Origin: a virus
Taxonomy: Duplodnaviria; Caudoviricetes
DNA length: 64,000 bases
IMG/VR virus record: IMGVR_UViG_3300002597_000001
Location: 44,779-108,778 of that record
Strand: one strand, 5' to 3'
Numbering within the stretch: the stretch's first letter is position 1; each line of letters begins with the position of its first letter. Under the pieces are notes generated by a model. It was not told the DNA's origin and searched no databases. It worked only from the letters and a program-made list of their open reading frames with translations. Shown here piece by piece: positions 37,814 through 48,156 of this stretch. The position numbers were made by a program, and so were the translations under genes.

Positions 37814-38400
37814 GATTCCTCCATCTGTGCCAGCAATTGCTTGAGCACATCCGTCTGATACTCTTCCGGTATGGAGATTCCATATTGTACAGCTTCTACT
37901 TCCCGTATAGTTGTCATCGCCTGAATGTAAATTCGGAGACTATTAAAATAACTCTCATGGTAAATCTTCCAATGTGTGGCAACCCGGGAGATCGACAAAA
38001 ACTCTTCGGCGGAATAGAATCTGCAATCCTCTCCATCTGCATGGTACGGAACGTATGGTTCTCCGGCGATTACAGATGCCTGAAGCGACATCATGTTAAT
38101 CTGGTCTTCAATGTTTAGGCTGTAGTGGTAATCGCCAATCTGAATACCAGACGTAATTACTTCATTACACGCCGCAGACATCTGTGCAATCTTTTCTGCT
38201 TTGACATCCGCGACCGGCGTATCATCCTTATAGAACGGGCGATACACTTTAACCTCTTCGTAGTCGTCATCTGCCCATGCAAACTTCTCAATGTTGTCTG
38301 GCGGCACAGCGTCTTCTTTAATGACAATTGCCTGGGTCAGTTCACCAAGCGATAAATCATATTCTGTGATGGTAATGCCATCTTCGTTAATTACTCTCAT
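37810..38400 (-). CDS. DUF4376-like tail fibre assembly protein
   Basis: K..KI..M...C...I..G...YSL..EDQ.N...YHADG..C..Y. Confidence 0.65.
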   Translation of the reverse strand: MRVINEDGITITEYDLSLGELTQAIVIKEDAVPPDNIEKFAWADDDYEEVKVYRPFYKDDTPVADVKAEKIAQMSAACNEVITSGIQIGDYHYSLNIEDQINMMSLQASVIAGEPYVPYHADGEDCRFYSAEEFLSISRVATHWKIYHESYFNSLRIYIQAMTTIREVEAVQYGISIPEEYQTDVLKQLLAQMEES

Positions 38401-38414
38401 TACGATTACTCCCA

Positions 38415-41400
38415 TTAAATTGTGCCGAAGCACGTAAGCATGACACTGACAGCTTCAGACGTACCACGGTTTGTGGTTGACACAAGACGGAACGTCACTT
38501 TGCTGTTGCTGAATCCGGCATTTGCGACATATGCCAGCCAGTTTGCAGTGCTTCCGGCAACCACAAAATTACTATTGGTCGAGTATATCCACGGCGCAGC
38601 AATCTCAAACACATTGGAATAGTACAGGCTCCCGTTCGCGGTCCATGATGTAGGGGTAACCGAATGGACACCATAGAATCTAACATGCCCCTTCGCCGTT
38701 TTCTCGTATATCCAGTTGCCAGATGTGCCGCTCAAGGTGATGATGTCATGAAGCTCACCTGTAAATCCATCCGCAGCATCGACACTCACATTGACATAGG
38801 CGCCGTCAATATCGACACGCTGTCCAGTAATATTGATATAAAAGGGGCTCTCAAGGGTTAAATTGTTAAAGGAATATATTTTCACGTTGCTGTTCGCGTC
38901 GGCTGTGATTTGATAATAACCGTTGTCAAACCAGATATTGCCAGTGGCCGTAATATTGTTTGCGAACAGGTCGTTGACATCTATTAGCGAAGAACTCAGG
39001 GTCCCGGTGGTAATATTACTTGCGTCCATGTTACTGACTGTCACAATTGACGCGTCAATTGTACCGGCCTTGATATATGTTCCATTAACGTAGAGATTGC
39101 CATTATCCATATAGATACCCTGGAGCCGTCCATTATCTGTCAGGCGGTTAAAAACCCCTTGTACATCAAGGCTGTTATCCAGATCCGTGACTGCCTGATT
39201 GGCGCTGTTGATCGCCGCAGCCAATATCGGATCAGTATACTCAACACTAATACTGCCGCCGTCCTGATATGTAATCTTGCTCCGGGTCCACAGATAGTGT
39301 CCATCCTCCCATTCGGGCTGATTGGTTGACCACCCGCCATTGCGGCACTGCGTGGAAGACGTTGACAAATAGTATTCATCCTCCACGGTTTTTGTCTCTC
39401 TGCCGCGTATGCGAGACCACGTATAATCGTTTGGATCGGAACTGTCGTTGATGTTAGTATCCGTATATACACCAATCCACATAGCGCCATCAAATTCCGA
39501 CGTGCTGAATCGGTACACCGTAGACAGGACGTCTCCAGACTTTGTCACAAGAGAGTCGCCTGCGATTGTAACCAACTCGGCGGGATAGTTATCAGAATAG
39601 GCAAAGTGAACGTAGTACGTGTCACCATCCTCGCCAGCTTGCCCCGGGATGCCCTGTGCGCCATCCTCACCAGCGAATCTGCTCCATGTGTATGATGCGG
39701 CAGTAGCAGGGGCCGTTGCATCAGTGCCGGAATAGATACCAATATAGGCGTCGCCGGTCTGCCACACGGCATGCATATTGGACCCATCCGCAGATGCGGA
39801 ATACCTGATATAAACGAAATAGCCGTCGCCCTGGACGCCGCGATCACCCTGGTCGCCATAAGCGCCAATGATGCAAGGCGTGGATGTGTAGGCGTTGCCG
39901 TCCGTATAGGTAACTACTTCGTAATTCCACAGATATTTATTGGAGTTGGAGATGGTCTGTACAGTGGTTGTCCAGTTATATGTGGTGTGATCCGTGGTAA
40001 CTCCCGTTGACAAATTCGTTGCCAGATAGTATTCCACAATACTGCTGATACCAACACCGGCGTCGCCCCACACACCGATCACGCACTTGGAGCCAGTGTC
40101 TGTAGAGCTATCTGTGTAGGTCACCACTTCGTAGTTCCACAGGTAACGGTTGGTTGCATCTAACGTCGGAACCGTCGTGCTGAAATCGATATCAGCCGGG
40201 GCACTCGTCTTGGACGTGCTCACAGCGTAATACTCCGTCACACTCTGGATTCCAACGCCGGTGTCGCCCTTTGCGCCGGTATCCCCATATACGCCAATGA
40301 TGCACGGGGTTGAAGTATAAGACGTGTTGTTGGTGTACCCAACCACCTCATAATTCCAAAGGTACTTATCCGTCTTTGTCACCGTCTGTACAGTGGTAGT
40401 CCACCCGGTCGATCCCGTGGTGATTCCGCTGACGTTTGGTGAGGCCAGATAGTAATTCGTAATAGAATTGATCCCAACGCCATCGTCACCATCGTCGCCG
40501 TCTTCTCCGAACACGCCGATCACATGCTTGGTGGTTCTTTCGGTGGAGCCATCAGAATATAGCGTTACCTCATAATTCCACAAATATTTATTCGTGGCGT
40601 CCATGAGTGGTACGTCTGTGCCAAACGATGCATCAGCCGGGGCCGTACTCGAAGACGAACTTACGGCGTAGTATTCTGTGACGCCAGTCACGCTGACGCC
40701 AGCTGCACCCTGAATACAAACAGGGGAGGAGTAGGTGATCGTTCCCTCGCCATCTGTCAGCTTTGTGCGTTGCCAAACATATTGGCCGCTTGTCCACGTC
40801 GGGGTGCTCGTGCTCCAGCCCGTCGTGGGGGCTGTGCTCGATGTGCCGCCAACGGCATATTCGACATCCACATCTGTGATTGTGCTTTCTTTGGTGGCAT
40901 ACGCGGACAGATGGAAGTCGCCTGTCTCCATATCCCAATAGTTGAGTCCGGCTGCATCCTGTAACCTCCCGGTGATGGTCACCGTGTCGGCGTTCAAGAT
41001 TGCATACTGACCAAATTCACCATAAATATTTTCGGCAATCACTCCATATTTTTCTTCACCATTTACAACGATTTTTCCAATGGCTGTTTTAACGGTTGCC
41101 CAAGAATCATCTGTAAAAGCCAATGTGGAGTTAATGAGCCGGACCTGTTCTGGGGAATAAGATCCGATGGAATCATCCCAACGCTTACCAAGCAAACCAA
41201 AGTCTCCAAAGCTCATGTCTTGGTTATTTGCATTGGACATGATCAGCGTCTTTGTCGCGTCAATTCCATTCTTGTACCACTCCGACATACTCTTATTTGC
41301 GTCCTCACCCTTGGATGCCTGTCTTGTGACAGCGCCATAAGACGTTGCCATTGACCGGGCCGCAGATAGAACGGAGGCAATGTCAGACACGCCAGTCTGG

Positions 41401-43613
41401 ATCGCCAACACATCCGAGAACTCCACATCGATGCTTTGAATATCTCCGAAGTCTATCTCAAAGGAGACCATACGAAGCTTATATCCGCGTCCGTCTACGA
41501 TAACATAGATCCAGTTACCAACATCGAATGCATTCGTCAGATTCTCGAACTCTTTCATCGCAAGCAGATTGGCAAGACTCGCAGAAATAGAATGTTGCAA
41601 GGTGCTTGACTTATAAAGTTCTGTATTTGCTGCTTCGTAAAATCTCTTCGCGTTCTCAATGATTTCTGCGTTGTTCAATCCGTCAGATACGTAATTGTTA
41701 TTGGAATACTCATCTTCGCGCCTGTAGGCGACAAATTCCTTCCAAAGTGTTTCACCTATATAAGCTTCAAAATCCAACGTATCGTGAACATCGTTGATCA
41801 TTGAAACGATGGTTTGAAGAATGCCTCTGTGATTGTCGAGAGTTCCGACGGTCTCCAGTTCCTGCGTTCTGAGTATTATTTCAGACTCAATCGCCTGAAG
41901 CTTGTTGTAGTACCCAGTATAGATACTATGTGTCTCGGCACCGGATGCACCAGCACCTTGGTCGATCAGCACAGCCAAACACGCCTGACAACATTCATCA
42001 AACGATTCCAGACAGTCTAGGCTATAGTGCGTCAGTGCCTGTGCAAAATCTGCAATTGACATGCCGAACAGACCTGTGATGTCATACTGATTCGCGCCGT
42101 ACTCTGCGATTTTCTTCTGTACCAGCTCTTCGGCATAAGACGAAGACGAACCGGTTGCTGTGACCGTCATAGCGCTAGTTGTCGCTGTATCCGACTCATC
42201 ACTCCAGTTGGTCAGCGTAATGGTTCCACGCCAAGTTGGCTTGCTATACGATGTCGTGTTCACATCAACATTGTAGACCTCGGTATGAACATATAACTTT
42301 GCCAGCGACTTAATGGCCAGAGCAACTGTGGCAGCGGAGGCGGTGTTCAAGTTCGTGACGGCCACGCTCGTGATGTTAGACACAATTGTGGCGCATTGAG
42401 CCGCCGCGCTGGGGACCACGTACTGATAGGTCGGCATCATAGATGTCTGCAAATAGCCACTAAAATCAAGTGCCGCGTACTCAGCCTCTACAAGAGACGC
42501 AGATCCAGTGAGCTCAATGTCATTTCCCGAAACGGTGGTACCGCCAGAATAAATGTGTTGGAGACTGCTGTTGTCTCCCTTGTACTTATCGACCAGTGTA
42601 TTGTAATCGCTGGAATCGATATCAAAAATTCGGTCATCGGCGTAAGTCTGATAGAGCTGGTCATAGGCGTCAATCCGATCCACAAGAGCGTCGGACATGT
42701 CGGCTTTCATTTCGTCTGTGATTCGCCAAATATAAGATGAGCCGTTTGGATTGCAAGAGCGGATCGCCGCCGTCATAACCTCGTCCCCGGCCTCAAGCCG
42801 GAAGCAGTTCTTCACAGAATCTACGTTAGTAGAATAATTGATATTGTCAGCCAGATTCTCCTTTGCGATCACAATTCCGGTGCTCTTGCCGTATCCTGGC
42901 GTGTAGGATGTACTCCCACACTTCGGACAAACCTCGCCCTCGAACCTCCTGCCACAAGAGGAGCATTGGTTCATCAGGTCGTATGCACTAATTGTGCGCA
43001 CAATCTGGTTATCATCGTCCAGCCCGGAACCGTACACGAACAGACACCCGACTTCCTCTCCGACAGCAACAAACGCATCTATGACTGCTGTGTTGTCAAA
43101 TGAGAATGTCCTTTGAATAGATTTCAGTGAACTGTCTACATGATCAATCTCGTAGTGCGGAGCCTTATACAGTAACCTATCCAGTAACGAGATGGATGCG
43201 TCTGCATTATAAAACACAGTCGGCTTCTTATAGTCCGCCCTCGCGATATCGCTTTCTGTGTTGATCTCAACCCCGTACAGTTCAAGCTGCGACAACTCCG
43301 ATTCAGACAACGCCTTACCAATTACGTTCTTTACGGTCTCATCAGACTCGTCAACCTCGGCACTGATCTCAAATGTCTTATTGATATCCTTATACCAAAC
43401 TACCTTAAAATCAACGACAGAACCCCATAATGGATTTGTTTCCCCATCAACTGTTTTATGGACACGAAATGAGATCTCGTCTGCGCTATTCAGGCTGCGA
43501 ACATAGTGTGTTCTGTCAAAGCCATATAGTCTTCCAAGCTTGGTGCCGCTCTTGGTCATCAGAATAAGCTCGGGATCCGCAACAACATGATCCCGGTCAA
43601 ATTGCAAAACCAT
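38415..43613 (-). CDS. large tail tip/host-specificity protein (Tal-like) with collagen-like linkers and repeats
   Basis: Follows Dit; G-X-Y runs; 4x YLWNYE repeats. Confidence 0.82.
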   Translation of the reverse strand: MVLQFDRDHVVADPELILMTKSGTKLGRLYGFDRTHYVRSLNSADEISFRVHKTVDGETNPLWGSVVDFKVVWYKDINKTFEISAEVDESDETVKNVIGKALSESELSQLELYGVEINTESDIARADYKKPTVFYNADASISLLDRLLYKAPHYEIDHVDSSLKSIQRTFSFDNTAVIDAFVAVGEEVGCLFVYGSGLDDDNQIVRTISAYDLMNQCSSCGRRFEGEVCPKCGSTSYTPGYGKSTGIVIAKENLADNINYSTNVDSVKNCFRLEAGDEVMTAAIRSCNPNGSSYIWRITDEMKADMSDALVDRIDAYDQLYQTYADDRIFDIDSSDYNTLVDKYKGDNSSLQHIYSGGTTVSGNDIELTGSASLVEAEYAALDFSGYLQTSMMPTYQYVVPSAAAQCATIVSNITSVAVTNLNTASAATVALAIKSLAKLYVHTEVYNVDVNTTSYSKPTWRGTITLTNWSDESDTATTSAMTVTATGSSSSYAEELVQKKIAEYGANQYDITGLFGMSIADFAQALTHYSLDCLESFDECCQACLAVLIDQGAGASGAETHSIYTGYYNKLQAIESEIILRTQELETVGTLDNHRGILQTIVSMINDVHDTLDFEAYIGETLWKEFVAYRREDEYSNNNYVSDGLNNAEIIENAKRFYEAANTELYKSSTLQHSISASLANLLAMKEFENLTNAFDVGNWIYVIVDGRGYKLRMVSFEIDFGDIQSIDVEFSDVLAIQTGVSDIASVLSAARSMATSYGAVTRQASKGEDANKSMSEWYKNGIDATKTLIMSNANNQDMSFGDFGLLGKRWDDSIGSYSPEQVRLINSTLAFTDDSWATVKTAIGKIVVNGEEKYGVIAENIYGEFGQYAILNADTVTITGRLQDAAGLNYWDMETGDFHLSAYATKESTITDVDVEYAVGGTSSTAPTTGWSTSTPTWTSGQYVWQRTKLTDGEGTITYSSPVCIQGAAGVSVTGVTEYYAVSSSSSTAPADASFGTDVPLMDATNKYLWNYEVTLYSDGSTERTTKHVIGVFGEDGDDGDDGVGINSITNYYLASPNVSGITTGSTGWTTTVQTVTKTDKYLWNYEVVGYTNNTSYTSTPCIIGVYGDTGAKGDTGVGIQSVTEYYAVSTSKTSAPADIDFSTTVPTLDATNRYLWNYEVVTYTDSSTDTGSKCVIGVWGDAGVGISSIVEYYLATNLSTGVTTDHTTYNWTTTVQTISNSNKYLWNYEVVTYTDGNAYTSTPCIIGAYGDQGDRGVQGDGYFVYIRYSASADGSNMHAVWQTGDAYIGIYSGTDATAPATAASYTWSRFAGEDGAQGIPGQAGEDGDTYYVHFAYSDNYPAELVTIAGDSLVTKSGDVLSTVYRFSTSEFDGAMWIGVYTDTNINDSSDPNDYTWSRIRGRETKTVEDEYYLSTSSTQCRNGGWSTNQPEWEDGHYLWTRSKITYQDGGSISVEYTDPILAAAINSANQAVTDLDNSLDVQGVFNRLTDNGRLQGIYMDNGNLYVNGTYIKAGTIDASIVTVSNMDASNITTGTLSSSLIDVNDLFANNITATGNIWFDNGYYQITADANSNVKIYSFNNLTLESPFYINITGQRVDIDGAYVNVSVDAADGFTGELHDIITLSGTSGNWIYEKTAKGHVRFYGVHSVTPTSWTANGSLYYSNVFEIAAPWIYSTNSNFVVAGSTANWLAYVANAGFSNSKVTFRLVSTTNRGTSEAVSVMLTCFGTI

Positions 43614-44500
43614 CAGAACACCACCTTCCGCCAGGGTGTATATTTAACCGCAATCGTACAGGGGAGGGTGGAGGTATATATATTTGCGATTCCACGAGTA
43701 ATCAGAAGGGTACCATCGCCTTGTGTGGTAATGGCCTGTGACTGCAAAGTCTCAATAGATGTCTCTTCTGTCATCCCCGCAAGCTCATCAATGTTAGCAG
43801 TAGATACAAGCTTTGGGTATACAAAATTGAAGTGGTCATAAATCGCACGACCACTAGATGATGTAATGGTCATGGTCTTGCCATCGATGGTGATGATCTC
43901 GCCGTTCTGACAATCTGTGAATGTCGTCACGCGGTTGTCATAGTGGTTTTCCAAAGACAGTGTTCCAGCTGCGTTACATGTAATCACAAAAGAATCAAAC
44001 GGGATGTCGCCAAACTCATCGGAGTTGTCATCTATGATGTGGGATGAGTTGGCGGTGAGAGAGAAAGAGTCTTGAATTTGGTTGCCATATCCAAACGGGG
44101 CGTTACTGGTAAATTCCAGATTGAAGCCCACGATGCGCCCGAGATGCTCGACCTTCTCGATGTTGAAAGTTCCATAAAAACAGATCCCGACTAATTCATC
44201 TGCCAGAATCCGAAGCTTTTTATATTGTTTTTGGTTCAACCAATGCATGATATATCTGTATTCGCCGGTTGTCACCGTAGCGCCATCTGGTTTACAGATA
44301 CTAATGTTAGCGGTGAACACCTCGTCGTAGTGTGTGGCAACCAGAGGGAAAGCTCTCCCACTGCGAGTAGAAATCGTGTCGAACGACAGGGCAGACCCTG
44401 CGGTTGTCGCTTCCAATCCAGAACCAGAATCAAACTGGACAATCTCCATGCCTATATCCGAAAGAAGCCTGCCATCATATTCAAAGTCTTCCGCTCGCAT
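43613..44500 (-). CDS. distal tail protein (Dit)
   Basis: DFEYDG..LSD.G, WL....Y..L, F.SNAPFGY; position after the tape measure gene. Confidence 0.75.
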   Translation of the reverse strand: MRAEDFEYDGRLLSDIGMEIVQFDSGSGLEATTAGSALSFDTISTRSGRAFPLVATHYDEVFTANISICKPDGATVTTGEYRYIMHWLNQKQYKKLRILADELVGICFYGTFNIEKVEHLGRIVGFNLEFTSNAPFGYGNQIQDSFSLTANSSHIIDDNSDEFGDIPFDSFVITCNAAGTLSLENHYDNRVTTFTDCQNGEIITIDGKTMTITSSSGRAIYDHFNFVYPKLVSTANIDELAGMTEETSIETLQSQAITTQGDGTLLITRGIANIYTSTLPCTIAVKYTPWRKVVF

Positions 44501-44518
44501 ATGTTCACCTCCTTAGTG

Positions 44519-44851
44519 TTATTGCATTCTTTTAATTGATTTCAAAAATTTGTTCATCTTATCGCGATACGCATCCCGTTCTTGCTTCATATTTGCCAGT
44601 GCCTGCTTATACTGAGCGCATAACTTTTCGGCCTCAGACAGTGCATCTGCGTAGGCGATCTTGGCCTTTTCTACCTCGGCCTTCGCCGCCTCCAGTTCCG
44701 CTTCGCGCTGTTTCAACGCATTGCGCTCACTGGCAATATCTCTTTCAAGACTGGCCATCTCAGAATTCAATGATTTAATAGTTTCCGCTTGGCGCTGAAT
44801 CGTTTGCTTCTGGCGCTCAAGCCGTCTGTCTCGTATCATAATTACCCCCAA
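44519..44851 (-). CDS. coiled-coil hypothetical protein
   Basis: Heptad-rich ORF between TMP and Dit. Confidence 0.6.
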   Translation of the reverse strand: MGVIMIRDRRLERQKQTIQRQAETIKSLNSEMASLERDIASERNALKQREAELEAAKAEVEKAKIAYADALSEAEKLCAQYKQALANMKQERDAYRDKMNKFLKSIKRMQ

Positions 44852-44861
44852 ACGTGATTAA

Positions 44862-44881
44862 GGAGGCGGTTTCCCGCCTCC
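44862..44881 (-). terminator. hairpin after the tape measure gene
   Basis: GGAGGCGG/CCGCCTCC. Confidence 0.5.
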
Positions 44882-44887
44882 CGTCAC

Positions 44888-45988
44888 TTACATATACGTA
44901 TACTTTGATAATGAACTTCCGCCATTCATGCGGTCAATTGTAATTGACTGAATGAACTTCTCGAACTCGCGGCTCTGCATCTGTTTCCGCAACTGAGCAA
45001 CGAAGTCATTGTAGTTCTCGACATGTTCAATTGGGATATTAAGCTGCCCAATGGACACATCCCCGCCTTGTATTGGCGTGTAAGCAGACTTGCCCATCGC
45101 CGCCGACAGCGCGGAGGGAATCGAGACCTGAGAGCGGTTGCTGATTGCACGAAGCGAGTCGCGAAGATCGATAAAGTTTTTGGTGTCGGCTGCGCTCAGA
45201 ATAGACTCGGGGCTAGAGGAAGAGCCGTCAACCCATGCAGGACCCGTAAAATCAATCAGACCGCCGTTCTTGTACTTCGGCGAGTTAAAGGTCGGATACG
45301 CAGACAGCGCTGGCTTACCGCGCTTAACCCACGCCGCGTACAGTTCGTTATAATGTGCGTTGATATAATCCTGCACCTTCTCGCCCGTGCCAGCCGGATA
45401 CTTGGAGTTAATACGCCCGACCCGAACGGGGGCAGTTCCCCATCCGGTAGCGCTACTGCCGTAGATCCAGATTGCCTCTGCAATCTTGGCGATTGTATCG
45501 CTCGTCACCTGATCATTCTTTGTGACAGCCGCCGCTGGTTTTGTGGTTGTGGTTTTCGTGGTCGTAGTCTTTGCCGGTGCCTTCGCCGCCGTTGTCGTGG
45601 TCGTACTCGACACCTTGGCCTTTGCAGTGGCGTCGCTCTGAGCCTTAATTGCTCCCATCTTTTCGGCAATTTTTCTCAATACCTCATTGATGGTCGTAAA
45701 GCTAGTAGTAAAGCCATCTCCATACGCCTTCATCACAGCTATCGGTCCGTTTTCACCAGCAATCTTAGTCCAAATATCAGACATGCCTTGTGTTAACTTA
45801 TAGCCAACACTATCTGCTGTGGTGAACAGTGTATTCCGAATGCTGCTTGTATCACCACCGACAAGATCTGCGGCAAGGTTCTCACCAAGCGCCGCCATGG
45901 CCTCATTAACAGATACAAAGCCGCCGCCATTGTCTATTGCAAACGCATTGATGACAGCGATCACATCGTTCAGAAGCGTGTCTACGTT
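44888..45988 (-). CDS. tape measure protein, exon 3
   Basis: In frame after IStron removal (ERFD|NVDTLLNDV); Y..GG..DFTG.AW.DG....PE..L C-terminal motif. Confidence 0.88.
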   Translation of the reverse strand, partial: NVDTLLNDVIAVINAFAIDNGGGFVSVNEAMAALGENLAADLVGGDTSSIRNTLFTTADSVGYKLTQGMSDIWTKIAGENGPIAVMKAYGDGFTTSFTTINEVLRKIAEKMGAIKAQSDATAKAKVSSTTTTTAAKAPAKTTTTKTTTTKPAAAVTKNDQVTSDTIAKIAEAIWIYGSSATGWGTAPVRVGRINSKYPAGTGEKVQDYINAHYNELYAAWVKRGKPALSAYPTFNSPKYKNGGLIDFTGPAWVDGSSSSPESILSAADTKNFIDLRDSLRAISNRSQVSIPSALSAAMGKSAYTPIQGGDVSIGQLNIPIEHVENYNDFVAQLRKQMQSREFEKFIQSITIDRMNGGSSLSKYTYM

Positions 45989-46130
45989 CTGAACCTCCCA
46001 CGACTAAAGTCGCGGGTTCCCGGTCAAGGCTCCCAACGAAGCCAGATTCCCCGGGCTATCCCCGTAGTTCCTACGGTTCTACATATGTTATTAGGACGCA
46101 AGTCCTTGAACTAAAATATTGTTAGCAGCA
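45989..46130 (-). ncRNA. TnpB omegaRNA scaffold (5' limit approximate)
   Basis: Structured right end downstream of and overlapping the tnpB 3' end, as established for IS605 elements. Confidence 0.65.
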
Positions 46131-47182
46131 TTTACATCTCTATCGTGGTGTGTTCCACAACAAGGGCAAGTCCATTCTCTGACAGACAAATCCTTTGCCT
46201 CCTTGTTGATGTAACCACACACGCTACACGTCTGACTGCTTGCATACCACTTATCTACTCTTTTGATTTCTCGTCCATACCAGTTAGCCTTATATTCTAA
46301 CTGTCTGGTGAATTCGCTCCATGAGACATCTGCGATATTACGAGCAAGACTATGATTTTGGATCATATTCTTTACCTGCAAATCTTCAACGCAAATAATG
46401 TCATGCCCACGAATTAGCTCTGTAGATAATTTCTGCAAGTAGTCATTTCTCTGATTGGCGATATGCTCCTGAAGCCTAGCAACTTTGATTCTCGCCTTAT
46501 TCCAATTCTTCCCACCTCTTGTTTTTCGAGACAGGCTTCTTTGCAATTTAGCAAGTTTATCTAATGACTGCTGTAGATACTTCGGGTTTGCATATTTTTT
46601 GCCGTCAGATGTAATAGCGAACTCTTTGATTCCAAGATCAATCCCGACCACAGAGCCAGTCAACGGCAGTTGCTCCATCTCTACATCTGCACAGCAAAGG
46701 GAAATATAATACTTCCCTGAAGGCATTTGCGAGATCGTTGCATTGAGTATCCTACCATTTGGAATCTGTTTGTCTCTGATTTTTACAAAACCAAGCTTCG
46801 GAAGCTTAATATGATCTCCAAAGAATTCGATATTATTATTTGTAAAAGATGTCCTATATGAGTGTTTATGAATTTTCTTTGACTTAAACTTCGGGTAACC
46901 AGAATGCTCAATAAAAAATTTCTTATAAGCATTGTCTAAATCTCTTAAAGAGTTCTGCAATGCGAACTTATCAACCTCTTTTAGCCATTCTAATTCACGC
47001 TTTAGTTGTGTCAAATCCGCACAACACTTATTGTAAGTCAAAGTTTCTTTGCTGTCTTCATATAGCTTAATGCGTTTGGAAAGGTAGTAATTATATACAA
47101 AGCGAGAACATCCAAATGTTTTAGCAATAAGCATTCGCTGTTCCTTATTTGGATATGCTCGAAACTTGTATGCCTTTTCCAT
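46091..47182 (-). CDS. tnpB: RNA-guided endonuclease TnpB
   Basis: KAYKFR.YP, RuvC GIDLG / VEDL / DRDVNAA all intact, CSVC..CPCC Zn finger. Confidence 0.95.
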   Translation of the reverse strand: MEKAYKFRAYPNKEQRMLIAKTFGCSRFVYNYYLSKRIKLYEDSKETLTYNKCCADLTQLKRELEWLKEVDKFALQNSLRDLDNAYKKFFIEHSGYPKFKSKKIHKHSYRTSFTNNNIEFFGDHIKLPKLGFVKIRDKQIPNGRILNATISQMPSGKYYISLCCADVEMEQLPLTGSVVGIDLGIKEFAITSDGKKYANPKYLQQSLDKLAKLQRSLSRKTRGGKNWNKARIKVARLQEHIANQRNDYLQKLSTELIRGHDIICVEDLQVKNMIQNHSLARNIADVSWSEFTRQLEYKANWYGREIKRVDKWYASSQTCSVCGYINKEAKDLSVREWTCPCCGTHHDRDVNAANNILVQGLAS

Positions 47183-47190
47183 ATGCTCAC

Positions 47191-47592
47191 CTACTTTTCT
47201 TTTTGACTACGTACGTATTCGATGATTTGCGATTCTGTTTTCTCAGATACTGTGGCAACGAAATAGCTTGGATTCCATAGGTGACCATTCCACAATTGCC
47301 TCCGCAACGTATCTCCATACATCTTGAATAAATATCTCGCCGAAACACCCTTCATGGCTTTGATCATATTCGGGATGTAGTGCTGCGGGGAGCAATCGAT
47401 TAATAAATGGATATGGTCTAAATCGCCATTACACTCAAGTATCCTAAACCCATTGTCTTGTGCAATGTTGTTGAGAATGTCAAACAACGAACACTCAACA
47501 GATGGGGTCAAAACCTTACGCCTATATTTCACGCACCAGACAATGTGGTACTGGATCGAATATACATAGCCGCGCCCATGTGTTACATCCAC
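47191..47592 (-). CDS. tnpA: IS200-type Y1 transposase TnpA
   Basis: YHIVW..KYRR, DHIH, KG.S, LW..SYF, Y..SQ; GTG start with GAGGTG RBS and TTGTCA-17-TATTAT promoter. Confidence 0.95.
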   Translation of the reverse strand: MDVTHGRGYVYSIQYHIVWCVKYRRKVLTPSVECSLFDILNNIAQDNGFRILECNGDLDHIHLLIDCSPQHYIPNMIKAMKGVSARYLFKMYGDTLRRQLWNGHLWNPSYFVATVSEKTESQIIEYVRSQKEK

Positions 47593-48156
47593 TGAAATCA
47601 CCTCAGTGTAATAATAACATATGTATAAAGAAATGACAAGTGATCTCAACAATAATTTACATTTTATTAATAACATATGTAGAGCCATAGGACCCACTTT
47701 AATCGTATTAGAGGTTGTCGTTCACATAGGGTCGCTAGTCCTATGCAGTTCTCTTATGAACTTCTTACACTTTCATGTAAGCACAGACTATATCTTATCC
47801 CTCGGCATTATCCGTTAGGGCCTATCCACTTCGGACACCAATAGCTTGTGCCCTACTTCCCTCAAGAGGAATAGTCGTTGAACCTTGCCTTTCAGCCTTG
47901 GCTGCTGATTGCCCATTATATAGCGTTTAGGATTTAACCATGCGCCATCTATTCAATTTTTTCTGCTTTCGCAACATTCACGAACACACCATTTGAGGCG
48001 TCACGTTGTAGTTTGAATAGCTTTAGGGGTTTCCAGCAATTCAAATAGTATTGGGCAGGTGTAACCAAACCTGCCGCTACATACACGTTTCCGTATATGC
48101 TGACTTGCTGATTGCCTTACTCATGACTAAAGTCACGAGTGTGCGGCAATCGGTCA

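Larger units (their letters stand above)
45989..48156 (-). mobile_element. IStron: group I intron fused to an IS200/IS605 element (tnpA + tnpB)
   Basis: Inserted 3' of TTGAT; matching LE/RE hairpins CTCGTGACTTTAGTCATGAG and CCCGCGACTTTAGTCGTGGG; ends TTCAG; intron core AATTGCTGGAA, AATCAGCAG, TTCAACGACTA, AAGATATAGTCT; precise removal restores the TMP frame. Confidence 0.95.

Noticed and set aside
27210-43613. Diversity-generating retroelement acting on tail fibres
   Set aside because: No reverse transcriptase and no adenine-specific TR/VR pair seen; the repeats are ordinary protein repeats
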